In this document: positions 1 to 9,929 of the stretch, piece by piece
Layout of the letters: the number at the start of each line of letters is the position of its first letter
Position numbering within the stretch: position 1 is the first letter of the stretch
Made by a program: the position numbers and the translations under genes
Notes under the pieces: generated by a model
What the model saw: only the letters and a program-made list of their open reading frames with translations
What the model was told of the DNA's origin: nothing
Database searches by the model: none
IMG/VR virus record: IMGVR_UViG_3300045988_170943
Span: 96,001-160,000 of that record
Length of the DNA stretch: 64,000 nucleotides
From: a virus
Reading direction: 5' to 3' (one strand)

Positions 1-7
1 GTAAGAA

Positions 8-772
8 ATGGTTCTATATAGAATGTTTATGTCGCCACATAAGATTGTCTCTGTGCGTGACGAGGCGTACTCTAGGGGCAGTATTCACCAGCAAAACAGG
101 TTTCTACTGCTTCTCCTGATCTTTGGTTTGGCGTGTTGGCCTTTTAGTGCGAAGGTCGCATGTTTCTTGTCGATAGTTTCTGTCGCTTTCCTTGGCATTA
201 ACTTCATTTCATGCTTCATGGATGACGAGGATGATTTTGCTTTCAACGCGAATGGTTTAGGGTCTAAGTACATCTTCAAGAGCGACATTATTGAAGTGCC
301 AAGGCTCGACTTTTCAGTGTGCGATGTTCTTCATCAACTTGATCGTCTCGCATGGCAGGACATTCGCAAGGTTGATGATGCCACTGAGAAAGTTAACAAG
401 TCAATCAATCAGGCTTTAAAGCGCATCCAGTGGGGAGACCTTCGAGACAAGGTAATGTGGGCACAGGGTGAGCAGAAGCATCTAAGTTTGCACACGGATG
501 ATTTCGTTTACTACCTGAGTCGCAGTTCATGCCCAGGTCTTAGTGGACCTTGTAACATCATCAGGACGACCCTCAGGAACTATGCCGACAGTCTCACCAA
601 GATGGCTGACGACATTGACAAAATAGTGGAGAATCGCATGTATGGTGTTCGTAAGTCGTTAGGTGTGTGTCACTGCTATTCCGACGTAGAGGGTGACATT
701 GAAGACACCATGGGCGAGAGTGCCACTTCTGGTGCAGACACGGACACCCTCTGGGATGAAACCTCCTTCTGA
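8..772 (+). CDS. hypothetical protein with N-terminal hydrophobic segments
   Basis: 254-aa ORF. N-terminus FLLLLLIFGLACWPF...IVSVAFLGINFISCF looks like 2 transmembrane (TM) helices. No recognisable family. Confidence 0.4.
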   Translation: MVLYRMFMSPHKIVSVRDEAYSRGSIHQQNRFLLLLLIFGLACWPFSAKVACFLSIVSVAFLGINFISCFMDDEDDFAFNANGLGSKYIFKSDIIEVPRLDFSVCDVLHQLDRLAWQDIRKVDDATEKVNKSINQALKRIQWGDLRDKVMWAQGEQKHLSLHTDDFVYYLSRSSCPGLSGPCNIIRTTLRNYADSLTKMADDIDKIVENRMYGVRKSLGVCHCYSDVEGDIEDTMGESATSGADTDTLWDETSF

Positions 773-969
773 CACAAGGTTGGCACTGGAGACGACCGGC
801 AGGCGGGCTGACATCTAGAACTTATTCTGGGTGCAGGATTACTCCTCCCCGTCTTAGTGACAGCCTGAAGCAAAAGAACGTGTCTCTCATTGTAAGACAT
901 GCTTGTCGTTTAGGGATATTCTCTACATGTATCCCACAATGAGAGCATGACGCAGAGAGGCACTGAACC

Positions 970-1998
970 ATGGCGACGAAGACGGTCAAGATCTGGTCTG
1001 ACGGGGACTGGCAGCACGTCATCAACAATCCCTCCAGCCACGACGGAGATACCGTTGTCGTACTGGGGGAGGTTCACACAATCGAACCGCCAGAAGGCGC
1101 TCACCTCAACATAGTTCTCAACATCTCTGGGAACGCCAAGGTGCGCAAGATCTATGGTGTGGACATCCAGTCCATCGACGGCAACGCCAGGGTTGATACC
1201 GTCTTAAGCGACTGCTGCATCAAGGACATCAAAGGCGATGCAGTAGTAGGTGAGATCGCCTATGATTGCGAAGTGAAGAACATCAGTGAGAACGCTGTTA
1301 TCGGGATGTTGACGAACTTCCGTGGACATGTTGGGCGCATAGAGGGGTACGTTAAGGTTGGTCAAGGGTCAGATGTTCTCATTGCAGATATGTGTGAACA
1401 TGCCAGTATCCATTCTGTGCACAACAGTAGGGTTCTGTCAGTCGCGGATGAAGCGAAAATCAACCACGTTTTAGGCAGGTCATCCATCACATACTATGGT
1501 GGGTGCTCTCCAGACACTTCAGGTAGCAGCAGTGTCGCCTATTTGAGTGACGGAATCGCATGGGACCGGGGCTGCAATGATGCCGTAACCATCCCTATCA
1601 GAAACCCCAAACAGAGCAATATTTTTGAGGCGTTAGACCATTTAGGGTATGTCGTCTCTGACAGCAAGGTCACTTGCTACATAGTGGCCGATCAGGACGG
1701 CATGATGCTCACATATCGAGGCGAGAAGGCTGAAGCCCGTATTGGAGAATCCATCACCCCAGGTTACGGGGACGCTGTAAAGGCGAAGAGCACTCCCAGG
1801 GGGATCCTCTCTCTTCAAATCCCCCACCTTGCTAAATACCCTGACGGTCGCCTGAATCCAGTCAGGTTCTTTGAGTGCAAGGCCCATATAAAAAACTGCT
1901 ACATCAACTACTCAACCCTGTCAGCATCCCTGTTCGCCAACAGGGTGCAGGTGGTACGTGAAGTAGACGAGAACACACTACCAGTCACCAACAAGTAG
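970..1998 (+). CDS. beta-helix / hexapeptide-like repeat protein (paralog A)
   Basis: 342 aa with periodic V/I-x-G-x-x-V repeats (VGRIEGYVKVGQGSDVLIADMCEHASIHSVHNSRVL...). Same repeat style and a CEH/DEH motif as ORF 17163..18332. Confidence 0.5.
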   Translation: MATKTVKIWSDGDWQHVINNPSSHDGDTVVVLGEVHTIEPPEGAHLNIVLNISGNAKVRKIYGVDIQSIDGNARVDTVLSDCCIKDIKGDAVVGEIAYDCEVKNISENAVIGMLTNFRGHVGRIEGYVKVGQGSDVLIADMCEHASIHSVHNSRVLSVADEAKINHVLGRSSITYYGGCSPDTSGSSSVAYLSDGIAWDRGCNDAVTIPIRNPKQSNIFEALDHLGYVVSDSKVTCYIVADQDGMMLTYRGEKAEARIGESITPGYGDAVKAKSTPRGILSLQIPHLAKYPDGRLNPVRFFECKAHIKNCYINYSTLSASLFANRVQVVREVDENTLPVTNK

Positions 1999-2095
1999 AA
2001 CCCGCCCCTCACCTAGTAGGGGTTGCGCGACACCCGCCATCCTGCTACAATGAGCGCAACCCCGCTGGGACAACCTACTCTTGACAACACGCAAC

Positions 2096-2138
2096 GAGGC
2101 CCCTGTGAACGTTCTGGAATGGCGCTCACAGGGGCCTC
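2096..2138. terminator. hairpin terminator between convergent genes
   Basis: Perfect 13-bp stem gaggcccctgtga / tcacaggggcctc (2096-2108 / 2126-2138) with a 17-nt loop. Lies between the + gene ending at 1998 and the - gene ending at 2159. No U-tract. Confidence 0.5.
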
Positions 2139-2158
2139 GCTCTAGCGTAGTTGAGTTG

Positions 2159-2632
2159 TCACCCTACTTCGCTCATCGCCTTCTCCAGTAGGTAGCCCCA
2201 CTCGTTCGGCTTATCATGGAGAGGGTCGCTGTCCGGCGGAGTAGAGAGAACCCTGTCGCCAGAGCCCTTCTCCTTGAAGACAGTCCTGATGGACACCTGC
2301 CCAACTGGCTCCACCTCTGGGGCGTCCTGGGGATCCTGATAGTCGCACTCCTGCATCTCAGTAGCCCCTTCCTCCCAGTAAATCTCATAGTACTTACCGT
2401 CGTCATGCATCTTGACGATACCAGTGTAGTACACTGACCACCTTCCGCGATCAGTCACCTCAGATTGAACGATGTTCCCCTCCTTACTGAATCCGCTGGA
2501 CAGACTCTCGATCTGTTCGCTTGTAAAGTGTCGCATGAATATGCTCCTTTGTTTACTCTCTGTGCGTGTGTTCTTCTTGACTCTACCCGACAAGTATTGT
2601 GGCTGTCTACACCAAGGCCCTAGTTCGCGCAT
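2159..2632 (-). CDS. hypothetical protein
   Basis: 157-aa ORF. Protein-like composition (YYEIYWEEGATEMQECDYQDPQD). Confidence 0.45.
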   Translation of the reverse strand: MRELGPWCRQPQYLSGRVKKNTRTESKQRSIFMRHFTSEQIESLSSGFSKEGNIVQSEVTDRGRWSVYYTGIVKMHDDGKYYEIYWEEGATEMQECDYQDPQDAPEVEPVGQVSIRTVFKEKGSGDRVLSTPPDSDPLHDKPNEWGYLLEKAMSEVG

Positions 2633-2781
2633 GTGTTCGCTACTTGAAGTGTGCTTCTTGATCGACGTTCAACCTTATCGACCATCCCCCAGGCCCGTTG
2701 GCACAGGGTGTTGTCCTTGCCACACAGGGAGCGCTCTCTAACCCGCCGGACATCTTCTACTGTTGTGCCGTCTTTCAAGAA

Positions 2782-3555
2782 CTACTGACCTTCAATGGAA
2801 GCGTACTTGTTGTCAGTTTCATTATTCTTCCAAATAGGGAAGTCCTCTATGGCTGAGGGGCTTTCAAAGGTCACCTGGTCTGCTTCGCAACTACTGGGGA
2901 AAATCATGTCGATCATATGGGCTGCTTCACTGGTCATGTGATCTTCATAATCACGGCGTCCCTTTTTGGTAACCTGTTCGATAAACTCGGCCGCATCATA
3001 GATCTTAGACACAACAGAGTTCACTATCTCGCTCCGACCGGGAGTGTCTTCGTCAAGTAACAGCACTGCAATGACGTGCTCGTCACGCAGTATGGTCTCT
3101 ACCTCCGAGACCTTCTCAATAACCAGTTGGAAAGCATCTGAGTCAGACCACTGCGTATCATATACAGTGGTAACATACTGATTCAGCGATTCTCTGAGCA
3201 AAGACAGGGCTGCATCAAACTCAGACAGGTAACCGTAACCTTTGTTCTTGAATAGTTTCTCTGGAATGTACAGAGAGATGAGCTGAGTACCCACTCGCTC
3301 CCTATAGACAGGCGTCATGCCGTGGATAGTATCAATGTCCATGATGTTACATACGGTAAGTAATGTAAAGATTAGTGACATCAACCCGCAAAAACCTACA
3401 GCCAAGACATTAGGTTCAACCTTGAAGGACAGGCCCCAGAAAAACCAGGTAACAAACATTGATTGTGCAATATTGAAGAAATAATAAGCGTTAAACCTAG
3501 CGCGCCACCTGGAAGAAGACCATAGAGTGGACTTCTTTTGATCTTTTCTACTCAC
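2782..3555 (-). CDS. membrane protein, unknown function
   Basis: 257 aa. N-terminal region has 3 hydrophobic helices (FFNIAQSMFVTWFFWGLSF / VLAVGFCGLMSLIFTLLTV). Confidence 0.5.
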   Translation of the reverse strand: MSRKDQKKSTLWSSSRWRARFNAYYFFNIAQSMFVTWFFWGLSFKVEPNVLAVGFCGLMSLIFTLLTVCNIMDIDTIHGMTPVYRERVGTQLISLYIPEKLFKNKGYGYLSEFDAALSLLRESLNQYVTTVYDTQWSDSDAFQLVIEKVSEVETILRDEHVIAVLLLDEDTPGRSEIVNSVVSKIYDAAEFIEQVTKKGRRDYEDHMTSEAAHMIDMIFPSSCEADQVTFESPSAIEDFPIWKNNETDNKYASIEGQ

Positions 3556-3681
3556 AGAACTCTCCCGTCTCCACTATCTAAGTAAACCTCTGTGCCACTC
3601 ATTAACAATACATATAGTGTTTTACCCCACAGACTCATCCCTATTGTCCGTGTCCTTCGAAGATCACAAAAGGTCGCCAGG

Positions 3682-4056
3682 TCATGTGACATTGTCAACA
3701 GGGTAGAGGATCACCCTCATGATGGGTGTGTGCCTGCCACAAAAGTCAATCATGATGAAACTTTCCCCCATGGTCCACGTGACGTCACTGATGACCTGCC
3801 CAGTTGAGCCATAGTCGTAAACCTCCCTAACTGAGAACGGCTCCGCATCGAAGGAGGGGAGATGGCTCAGCATGATGCGGTGACCGCCATCGAACTCAAT
3901 GACTACTCCACGCTCCCCTGTTGTCTTTGAGCGAACCCGGTACGCTTGGGATACCGTTCGCCCAATCGACTTGACCTTGATCTCCTCCAGTTCCCGTACC
4001 GCACTGTCGGAGTGGCTGCGCCACAAGAATCGCCAGTAGTCCCACCTTGAAGCCAT
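3682..4056 (-). CDS. hypothetical protein (start trimmed to the Met preceded by a ggaggg SD)
   Basis: The track ORF is 3682..4179. The internal Met (MASRWDYWRF...) is preceded by ggaggg, so the 5' part is likely non-coding. Confidence 0.4.
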   Translation of the reverse strand: MASRWDYWRFLWRSHSDSAVRELEEIKVKSIGRTVSQAYRVRSKTTGERGVVIEFDGGHRIMLSHLPSFDAEPFSVREVYDYGSTGQVISDVTWTMGESFIMIDFCGRHTPIMRVILYPVDNVT

Positions 4057-4112
4057 GAGATTCCCTCCTGATCCTGTTGTTTCTTCTCGACCAGTTTTGG
4101 GCTGGCTGCTCT

Positions 4113-4493
4113 TCAGGGAAGAATCGGCTTGTTGTCTGCGTCCCAACGGCTGTCGATCCGCAGCATCCCGTATGCCCATGCTGCGTCCATGAGGTCCGTG
4201 CGGAAATTGTGTGCAGGATCTATGTCCCCACTGCGGTCAGGGAAGATGGGCTGGTTCATCTCGTGTAGGTCAACAACCTGCAAAGCATTTTTAAGGGCAT
4301 CTAGGGCGTCTCGCACCCCAGACTCAGTGAGAGTGAGGTCATCCTGGTCCAGTTCCTTGACCCCATTAGGGAAGTACGCGATTCGGTTACATGAGTCGAT
4401 CGCTGCTGATGCCGCAAGCCTGATCTTGCGGCTAATCCACTTCAGTCGCTTAGCCGTAGCATCCATGACTTCTCCTGTTGTTTGTGCTGTCAT
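4113..4493 (-). CDS. hypothetical protein (start trimmed)
   Basis: Track ORF is 4113..4673. A likely start is MTAQTTGEV (ATG complement at 4491-4493). The upstream part is Arg/Cys-rich and looks non-protein-like. Confidence 0.4.
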   Translation of the reverse strand: MTAQTTGEVMDATAKRLKWISRKIRLAASAAIDSCNRIAYFPNGVKELDQDDLTLTESGVRDALDALKNALQVVDLHEMNQPIFPDRSGDIDPAHNFRTDLMDAAWAYGMLRIDSRWDADNKPILP

Positions 4494-4846
4494 GTTTCTT
4501 CTGGTGCTAACTCTACACCACCATACAGTCAGACATCTACCCTGAAAGCATGTGACATGGGACACAGGCGCACCGACCAGGATGGCAGTATAAGGTTGAC
4601 GACTCAAGGCGCCCCTGGCGAGGCAATCTAGTGTGCCTTGTTGCGCGTTCTGCGCCACACGAAACGCGGTCACCCGCCGCCACCAGCCAACGACATGGAG
4701 GGCCGCTGGAGCACCCCACGGAAGGCACTGAAGTTACGAAAGAACCCAAGAGTAATGGTGTAGAGCACGTTTGACAACCCCTCTCTGGCGGTTAGATACT
4801 ATTCCAGGAACAGAGAACCCGTCACCCCACCCCCAAGGAGCCACCT

Positions 4847-5815
4847 ATGTGGATGCACTGGAGCGAGAAGAAGAAAAGTATGATGCCCTGTGCTGGGCCA
4901 GGCCGCTGCCAGTTCGGTGACGCCCCGCACGCGAGCACACAGGCAGAGTGTGACGCCATTGTCGCCAAGATGATGGGTAAAGAGGTGGGCGACCTTGGGG
5001 GAACCAGGAGACCCAGGAAAGACGCGGGTCTGAAGTTTGATACCACTACCCTGGAGGGGCAGCAGGCTCACGACGTCGCCGCCATGAAAGAGTACGTGGC
5101 CGCCAACAAGGCCCTGGATCGTGAAGAGTACTACCGGGGCCACGCGGGCTGGTTCTATGAAAGGGGCCTGATCCCTGGAGGTCAGAGAAATTGGCGGAAG
5201 ATGCCCACAAAGAAGATGGTCAGTGACCTCAGGGCTCTGCATGAGCAAGTGATCGCTGAAAGGGGTTATGACCGTAACGGATACGGTGATATGGCTGACA
5301 AGATGGAGGCCGCGCGGGTTGCTGTTGATGAGCACTACGAGCGGTACCGGAAACTTGACAGCCAGTATGCGGGGTGGTCGAGGTTCTTCCTCACCAACAA
5401 CACTAACGGTCACATTCATTCATCCATGGAGTGCTCTACCTGCAACCGCAATGGTAAGAGGACCCAGTTCGAGTGGCTACCTGAACTGAGCGGGCTGAAC
5501 GAGAAGCAAGCCATCCAGAAGCATGGGCCACGCCTATGCACCACGTGCTTCCCGGACGCGCCACTGGACTGGACCAACGGTGGTGAGGCAGAACCTAAGG
5601 GTAGGAAGAGGCAGGTCCCTGAGGGTGTGTGCCCAGGTTCCGGCAGCAGCGAGTACGACGAGATGACAATGAACGAGTATGAGGGGTACAGGTCGGTTCC
5701 TGGCGGCACAATGAAGGTAACGGACAGGTACGTTGACTGCCCTGAGTGCGGCAAGCAGTTCAAACTTACCGCTAAGGGTGTCATCCGTAAGCACAAGATC
5801 CCAAAGAAGAAATAA
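4847..5815 (+). CDS. zinc-ribbon protein (four CxxC pairs), unknown function
   Basis: 322 aa. Contains CSTC...CTTC and CPGSGS...CPECGKQF, plus a basic C-terminal tail (HKIPKKK). Confidence 0.5.
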   Translation: MWMHWSEKKKSMMPCAGPGRCQFGDAPHASTQAECDAIVAKMMGKEVGDLGGTRRPRKDAGLKFDTTTLEGQQAHDVAAMKEYVAANKALDREEYYRGHAGWFYERGLIPGGQRNWRKMPTKKMVSDLRALHEQVIAERGYDRNGYGDMADKMEAARVAVDEHYERYRKLDSQYAGWSRFFLTNNTNGHIHSSMECSTCNRNGKRTQFEWLPELSGLNEKQAIQKHGPRLCTTCFPDAPLDWTNGGEAEPKGRKRQVPEGVCPGSGSSEYDEMTMNEYEGYRSVPGGTMKVTDRYVDCPECGKQFKLTAKGVIRKHKIPKKK

Positions 5816-5872
5816 GCACACTGTCCGCCTGTCTTTCCATAAAACTGGATTGCGGGATGGTAGACAGGGCAA

Positions 5873-5920
5873 GTCGTCGCACCTACTCTATTCGTGTGAG
5901 TAGGTGCGACGACTTTTCTT
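5873..5920 (+). terminator. rho-independent terminator
   Basis: Perfect 16-bp stem gtcgtcgcacctactc / gagtaggtgcgacgac with a 9-nt loop, followed by ttttctt. It sits 58 nt after the stop of 4847..5815. Confidence 0.8.
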
Positions 5921-6137
5921 GCCGCATACTCGCGTTGAACAGGCGATAAGGCAGGCAGGGAAGATGACTTTTCTGCTGACACCAAGGTGATGTGCTGGGG
6001 TTCACACTCGCTCATGTTGACTGGAACGCCACCTTGGTGGGACAATCTGCTCAGACCAGGCCATGCTCATGGTTCTGGGAAGAAACCATCCGAACCTGTA
6101 TCCCAGTGAATGCAGGCTACAAACAAGGAGCAGAGAC

Positions 6138-6452
6138 ATGTCCTACAAGAACGTGACCCGCAACTACCGCATCGGAGGAGAGGACTTCTCCCTCGTCTGC
6201 ACCCAGTCTTCAGGTAAGGGTAAGAAGTCCTACAATGTGGTCAACTCCCGCAGCCGTGTGGTTGGTCGAGTTGTGTCTATTCGTGGCTACCGTGACTGGT
6301 GGCAGAAGGGACGCAAGACGTCGTACCTGGTGTCTGTGCCTGGGGATCGTTCGGTGCTTCAGGGTGGTGCTCTCCGTTACCAGACGCTCACTTCTGCTGT
6401 TGAGGCTGTTGCGAAGGCTTCACTGATTAAGGTGAGTGTTCTTAGTGTCTGA
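6138..6452 (+). CDS. small basic hypothetical protein
   Basis: ATG at 6138 is preceded by aaggag. Product is 104 aa (MSYKNVTRNYRIGGEDF...). The track ORF starts further upstream at 6063. Confidence 0.45.
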   Translation: MSYKNVTRNYRIGGEDFSLVCTQSSGKGKKSYNVVNSRSRVVGRVVSIRGYRDWWQKGRKTSYLVSVPGDRSVLQGGALRYQTLTSAVEAVAKASLIKVSVLSV

Positions 6453-6495
6453 GCCCGCGCTAGACCCGAGAGACTGAAATGCTAGGGGAGTTTCA

Positions 6496-7158
6496 ATGGT
6501 GATCGGTAATCATGATGCTATCCGTGACCAGTTGATGCACCTTATTGAGAGCACGTCTCTTGAGGATGCTGCAATGATGCCACATAAGGTGGATGATGCC
6601 ACTGCGGCTCAACTGGCCCGGGAGGCACCTGGGTGCGAGTACCTGACCTCCTATGGTATTGACCCTTTCTGGCGTCACAATGCGTTCTCTGATGAGCGGC
6701 GAGAAATGTGGGAGGATCAGAGGCGGCGGTTCGGTTTTGATGAGCGTCAGACTTGGAGCCTGGATCTGACACTTCTTGGGCTCATCTTTGAGCGCATGGT
6801 CATGTTCCTCCCCTTGCAAGAGGACGTTCTGGATGTTGACGCCATCAAGAATGGGGAGCCACGAAACACGATCACCATTCACGGCGTCACCAAACCGGTG
6901 TCACTCTGGACGCACATGCTGAGTGAACTGATCCGGGCACGCTTGACAGAAACGATCCTCCTAGACAACCTGAAAGCAAAGGTTGACAAGGCAGAGGACG
7001 ACATGATGCTACAACTCCACACCGGCCCCACAGGCGACAACATTTTTGAGGTAACAGTTGACAGCAGTGCACTCACATTACAGGAAGCCTACTATGACGT
7101 ACTGGACGGGATCATTTTCGACATCCTCCGGGCCGTCTTCCCCCACCTGTGGTGGTAA
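6496..7158 (+). CDS. hypothetical protein
   Basis: 220 aa. ggggag Shine-Dalgarno (SD) sequence upstream of the ATG. Confidence 0.5.
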   Translation: MVIGNHDAIRDQLMHLIESTSLEDAAMMPHKVDDATAAQLAREAPGCEYLTSYGIDPFWRHNAFSDERREMWEDQRRRFGFDERQTWSLDLTLLGLIFERMVMFLPLQEDVLDVDAIKNGEPRNTITIHGVTKPVSLWTHMLSELIRARLTETILLDNLKAKVDKAEDDMMLQLHTGPTGDNIFEVTVDSSALTLQEAYYDVLDGIIFDILRAVFPHLWW

Positions 7159-7183
7159 ACAACAACGAAGGTACTATAAGATT

Positions 7184-7816
7184 ATGAGCAATTCAAAACA
7201 GAATGTCACCTCAACAAGAAGTGGACGTAAAGAGGTCTCTACCGCCACAGCGATGGCTGCTGTTGCTCTTGGAGGGGTGATTGGTCTCATGCTAAACATC
7301 GTCATTTATGGGCATAGCAAGCAACCTGACACTCCTACAAAGATAGACTACTACAGTCACTCAGCACCTTCACATTCAAGCGCCACCAATGAGGGGTACA
7401 ACCCGCAATTCATCAAGTCAGATGAGTACATGTATGAGGCAGTCAGTGCTTGCAGTGAGATTGAGCGAGTCGCTAAAGCCTTCAATAGCATTGACCCTGA
7501 CTCGTCAATGGGGTGCCACGATGGGGTACTGCAAGCCAAGAAGAACGGCGAAGGTATCGAGATCTACAACACTGACGAATCTCGACACTTCAACGAGGGC
7601 AAGCGGCCGTCCAGGATTGCTCTCGCATACTGCTCTGGTCGCTGCACGCTGGAGACGATGGTTGAGGTCACTGGCGGGAAGATCATCAAGAACCCTAACG
7701 GCAAGGGGTACCTCATCAGTCTGAGTTCTGGGAACTATAACTTTGAGGTTGTCAACCTAGGTAGTACTCCTAACTGGAAAACCACCCTTCAGCGTGTTGG
7801 AGATCCAGTTAAGTAG
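7184..7816 (+). CDS. membrane-anchored hypothetical protein
   Basis: ATG at 7184 after gaagg. One TM helix (AMAAVALGGVIGLMLNIVIYG), then a soluble domain with Cys residues. Confidence 0.5.
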   Translation: MSNSKQNVTSTRSGRKEVSTATAMAAVALGGVIGLMLNIVIYGHSKQPDTPTKIDYYSHSAPSHSSATNEGYNPQFIKSDEYMYEAVSACSEIERVAKAFNSIDPDSSMGCHDGVLQAKKNGEGIEIYNTDESRHFNEGKRPSRIALAYCSGRCTLETMVEVTGGKIIKNPNGKGYLISLSSGNYNFEVVNLGSTPNWKTTLQRVGDPVK

Positions 7817-8188
7817 ATCTGGCGGGAACAGTGACTTGCGAATGCAGATGCTTCCTCTCGATCTATTACCTAAGTACCACCTTGCTGCACACGCGAAAAG
7901 CGTCAACACGTGTTGAGCACCATTCTTAACGAACCTAAGGGTGCTGCCCCAAACCATTTGCGCAAGGGTGAAGAAAAACTGCTACACTTGCGCTTGGTTT
8001 TTAGACTCTCATTATCCTAGTGAAGGCATCTAACGCTGTAGTGTCACCGACTGGTTCACCATAGTCTAGGCAATGATCACAGGAGTCATCAACAAGTACG
8101 TTCGCAGTCCTAGCATCAATCCTGCTCTTGTCGCAATGTCACCATTCGCAACAAAACACCATGCCTGTATACCAGAAAGAACAACGCC

Positions 8189-8707
8189 ATGATTATCACC
8201 GAAGTAATCAAGTCAAACATCAAGGAAGCAACTGAAAACCTAAATCTCAACGGCGGGTTCGCTGACAGTGACACTAGAATCATCTACTGGAACTGTGAGG
8301 ATCTAACGTTGACGGCATACCCGGGTTTCTCTGAAGCGTCCGTGAACTTCGAGTTGGATGATACACAAGTGTGTGTGTCATCTAAACTGAATAGTGCATC
8401 AACTGTTGGTATCAAATGGGTTCTTGCAGACGCCATCAGAAGAATGGAGATCATGATCCTTTCTTGTGACGCTCTTACTTCTGAAGGCTGGGAACTAAGT
8501 AACACCTTCATAAAAGACAACCACATGACAGTGACAAGAGGCGAAAACGACTGGGTGTCATTCACTGTTCTTGATGATAAGATAAAGTTTTACGGCAAAC
8601 ACATCGAAGACGTCACGAAAGCCCTAGTGAAGCATTCTATTATCAAAGATGAGCGCAATGGGGCATCCAGTTACTTAATCAAAAACAACAGGTTATCACT
8701 TGGTTGA
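8189..8707 (+). CDS. hypothetical protein
   Basis: 172-aa ORF in the low-GC region. No recognisable motif. Confidence 0.45.
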   Translation: MIITEVIKSNIKEATENLNLNGGFADSDTRIIYWNCEDLTLTAYPGFSEASVNFELDDTQVCVSSKLNSASTVGIKWVLADAIRRMEIMILSCDALTSEGWELSNTFIKDNHMTVTRGENDWVSFTVLDDKIKFYGKHIEDVTKALVKHSIIKDERNGASSYLIKNNRLSLG

Positions 8708-8858
8708 TAGCACCGCTGAGTGCAGAGTAACTTTCACGGCAACAAATTCCACAGGGCATGATGTGCATGTGGCGTACATCACTCTCGCCAGAGTTGCACG
8801 CCTTGAGTTTCCTCCTGTACACTGAACGCGCAGTCACCAAACAGAGGAAGGAAGTAAA

Positions 8859-9380
8859 GTGTCTGAGATGGCGGAGATCATCAAGAACATCAACGAGGCA
8901 TCCGAGATTCTCGGTACGCCTCTTGCTTCGAGCAAGCGTGAGACTCACCAGGACAGTGAGCCCTCGGTCTGGTTTAAGGATGAGAGCAACCAGGTTAAGG
9001 GAGTCGTCTACTCTGACCTGTGCGTCGTGACCGCACCTCTTGTTGTGGACGGTCGGGAGATCGCTGAACTGAGAGTCGCAAAGGAGGCTTCCGATCCCGC
9101 AACAATTGTTGACAGCATTCAGGAGGCGACGAGGATGCGTGACACCATGTTCGCATGCCTCGACGTTCTCACTGACGACAAGATGAAGGTTGGGGTTCTC
9201 GGAAACCTTGTTACTGTTCCGGGTCGCTTGTATCGCACTGTCGTCCGTATCCAGAAGGATGATCTCTACATCAGTGGCCGAGACAAGGACGAGATTGTTC
9301 AGGTTCTTCATGATGCTGGAGTTATTGGTTCAACGGAACCTGTTGACGACTATGGGATCCGGTACCCGCTCGCCAAGTAG
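8859..9380 (+). CDS. hypothetical protein
   Basis: 173 aa. GTG start preceded by ggaagg. Confidence 0.5.
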   Translation: MSEMAEIIKNINEASEILGTPLASSKRETHQDSEPSVWFKDESNQVKGVVYSDLCVVTAPLVVDGREIAELRVAKEASDPATIVDSIQEATRMRDTMFACLDVLTDDKMKVGVLGNLVTVPGRLYRTVVRIQKDDLYISGRDKDEIVQVLHDAGVIGSTEPVDDYGIRYPLAK

Positions 9381-9422
9381 TCACTCCCATTAGTAGGAGT
9401 GCTTCATACAAAGTAGCGTAAA

Positions 9423-9467
9423 CACAAGCGGAAACAGGATCGTATTTCTATCCTGTTTCCGCTTGTG
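9423..9467. terminator. bidirectional hairpin terminator
   Basis: Perfect 18-bp stem cacaagcggaaacaggat / atcctgtttccgcttgtg with a 9-nt loop. Lies between convergent genes 8859..9380 (+) and 9530..9781 (-). Confidence 0.6.
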
Positions 9468-9529
9468 CTATCATCTAATATAAAGAGGGCGCACTTCACT
9501 ACAGAAGGAGAGCCCCTGTTGCTACTTGT

Positions 9530-9781
9530 TCAGTGAGGGGCCTTTGAAATCAAGTCCAGGAAGCAATCAAGAACGCGACTGTCGTCATGGTTCGCGTAAG
9601 CGACAGCGCTCACAGCGGCGACAGTGTTATCACTGTTCCCGCCCGTGTAGAACTCCCCGTCCGCGTCATAGCGAACCTGGGGGATGTCCTCAACGGGGAT
9701 GTTCTGTAGCCGCTCAACAATCGTGGACGAAGGTGCCCCGCCCACGTAGTCATTGTAGATGTCAACCATGGTATCTGCCAT
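9530..9781 (-). CDS. hypothetical protein
   Basis: 83 aa on the minus strand looks protein-like. The overlapping plus-strand ORF 9526..9783 is Arg/Cys-rich and looks spurious. Confidence 0.45.
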   Translation of the reverse strand: MADTMVDIYNDYVGGAPSSTIVERLQNIPVEDIPQVRYDADGEFYTGGNSDNTVAAVSAVAYANHDDSRVLDCFLDLISKAPH

Positions 9782-9929
9782 GATTCCCCCTATTCATCTC
9801 CTAGGTGATTTATGACTGAGGCCGCACTTTTGCCCCCTGCAATCTTTCCTATGGTGCAAGGTTCGTGCTGGTTGGCCCCAGTTCTCTGTCGTGGCCAAAT
9901 TAGCATGCCTGATAGGTGCCGGACAACTG

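Noticed and set aside
5416-6045. 209-aa minus-strand ORF overlapping the 3' end of 4847..5815 and the terminator.
   Set aside because: It overlaps a better-supported plus-strand gene and runs through a plus-strand rho-independent terminator. Composition is Pro/Ser-rich.
9526-9783. Plus-strand 85-aa ORF overlapping minus-strand 9530..9781.
   Set aside because: The plus frame is Arg/Cys/Pro-rich (RKRQRSQRRQCYHCSRPCRTPRPRH) and not protein-like. The minus frame is acidic and globular-like.
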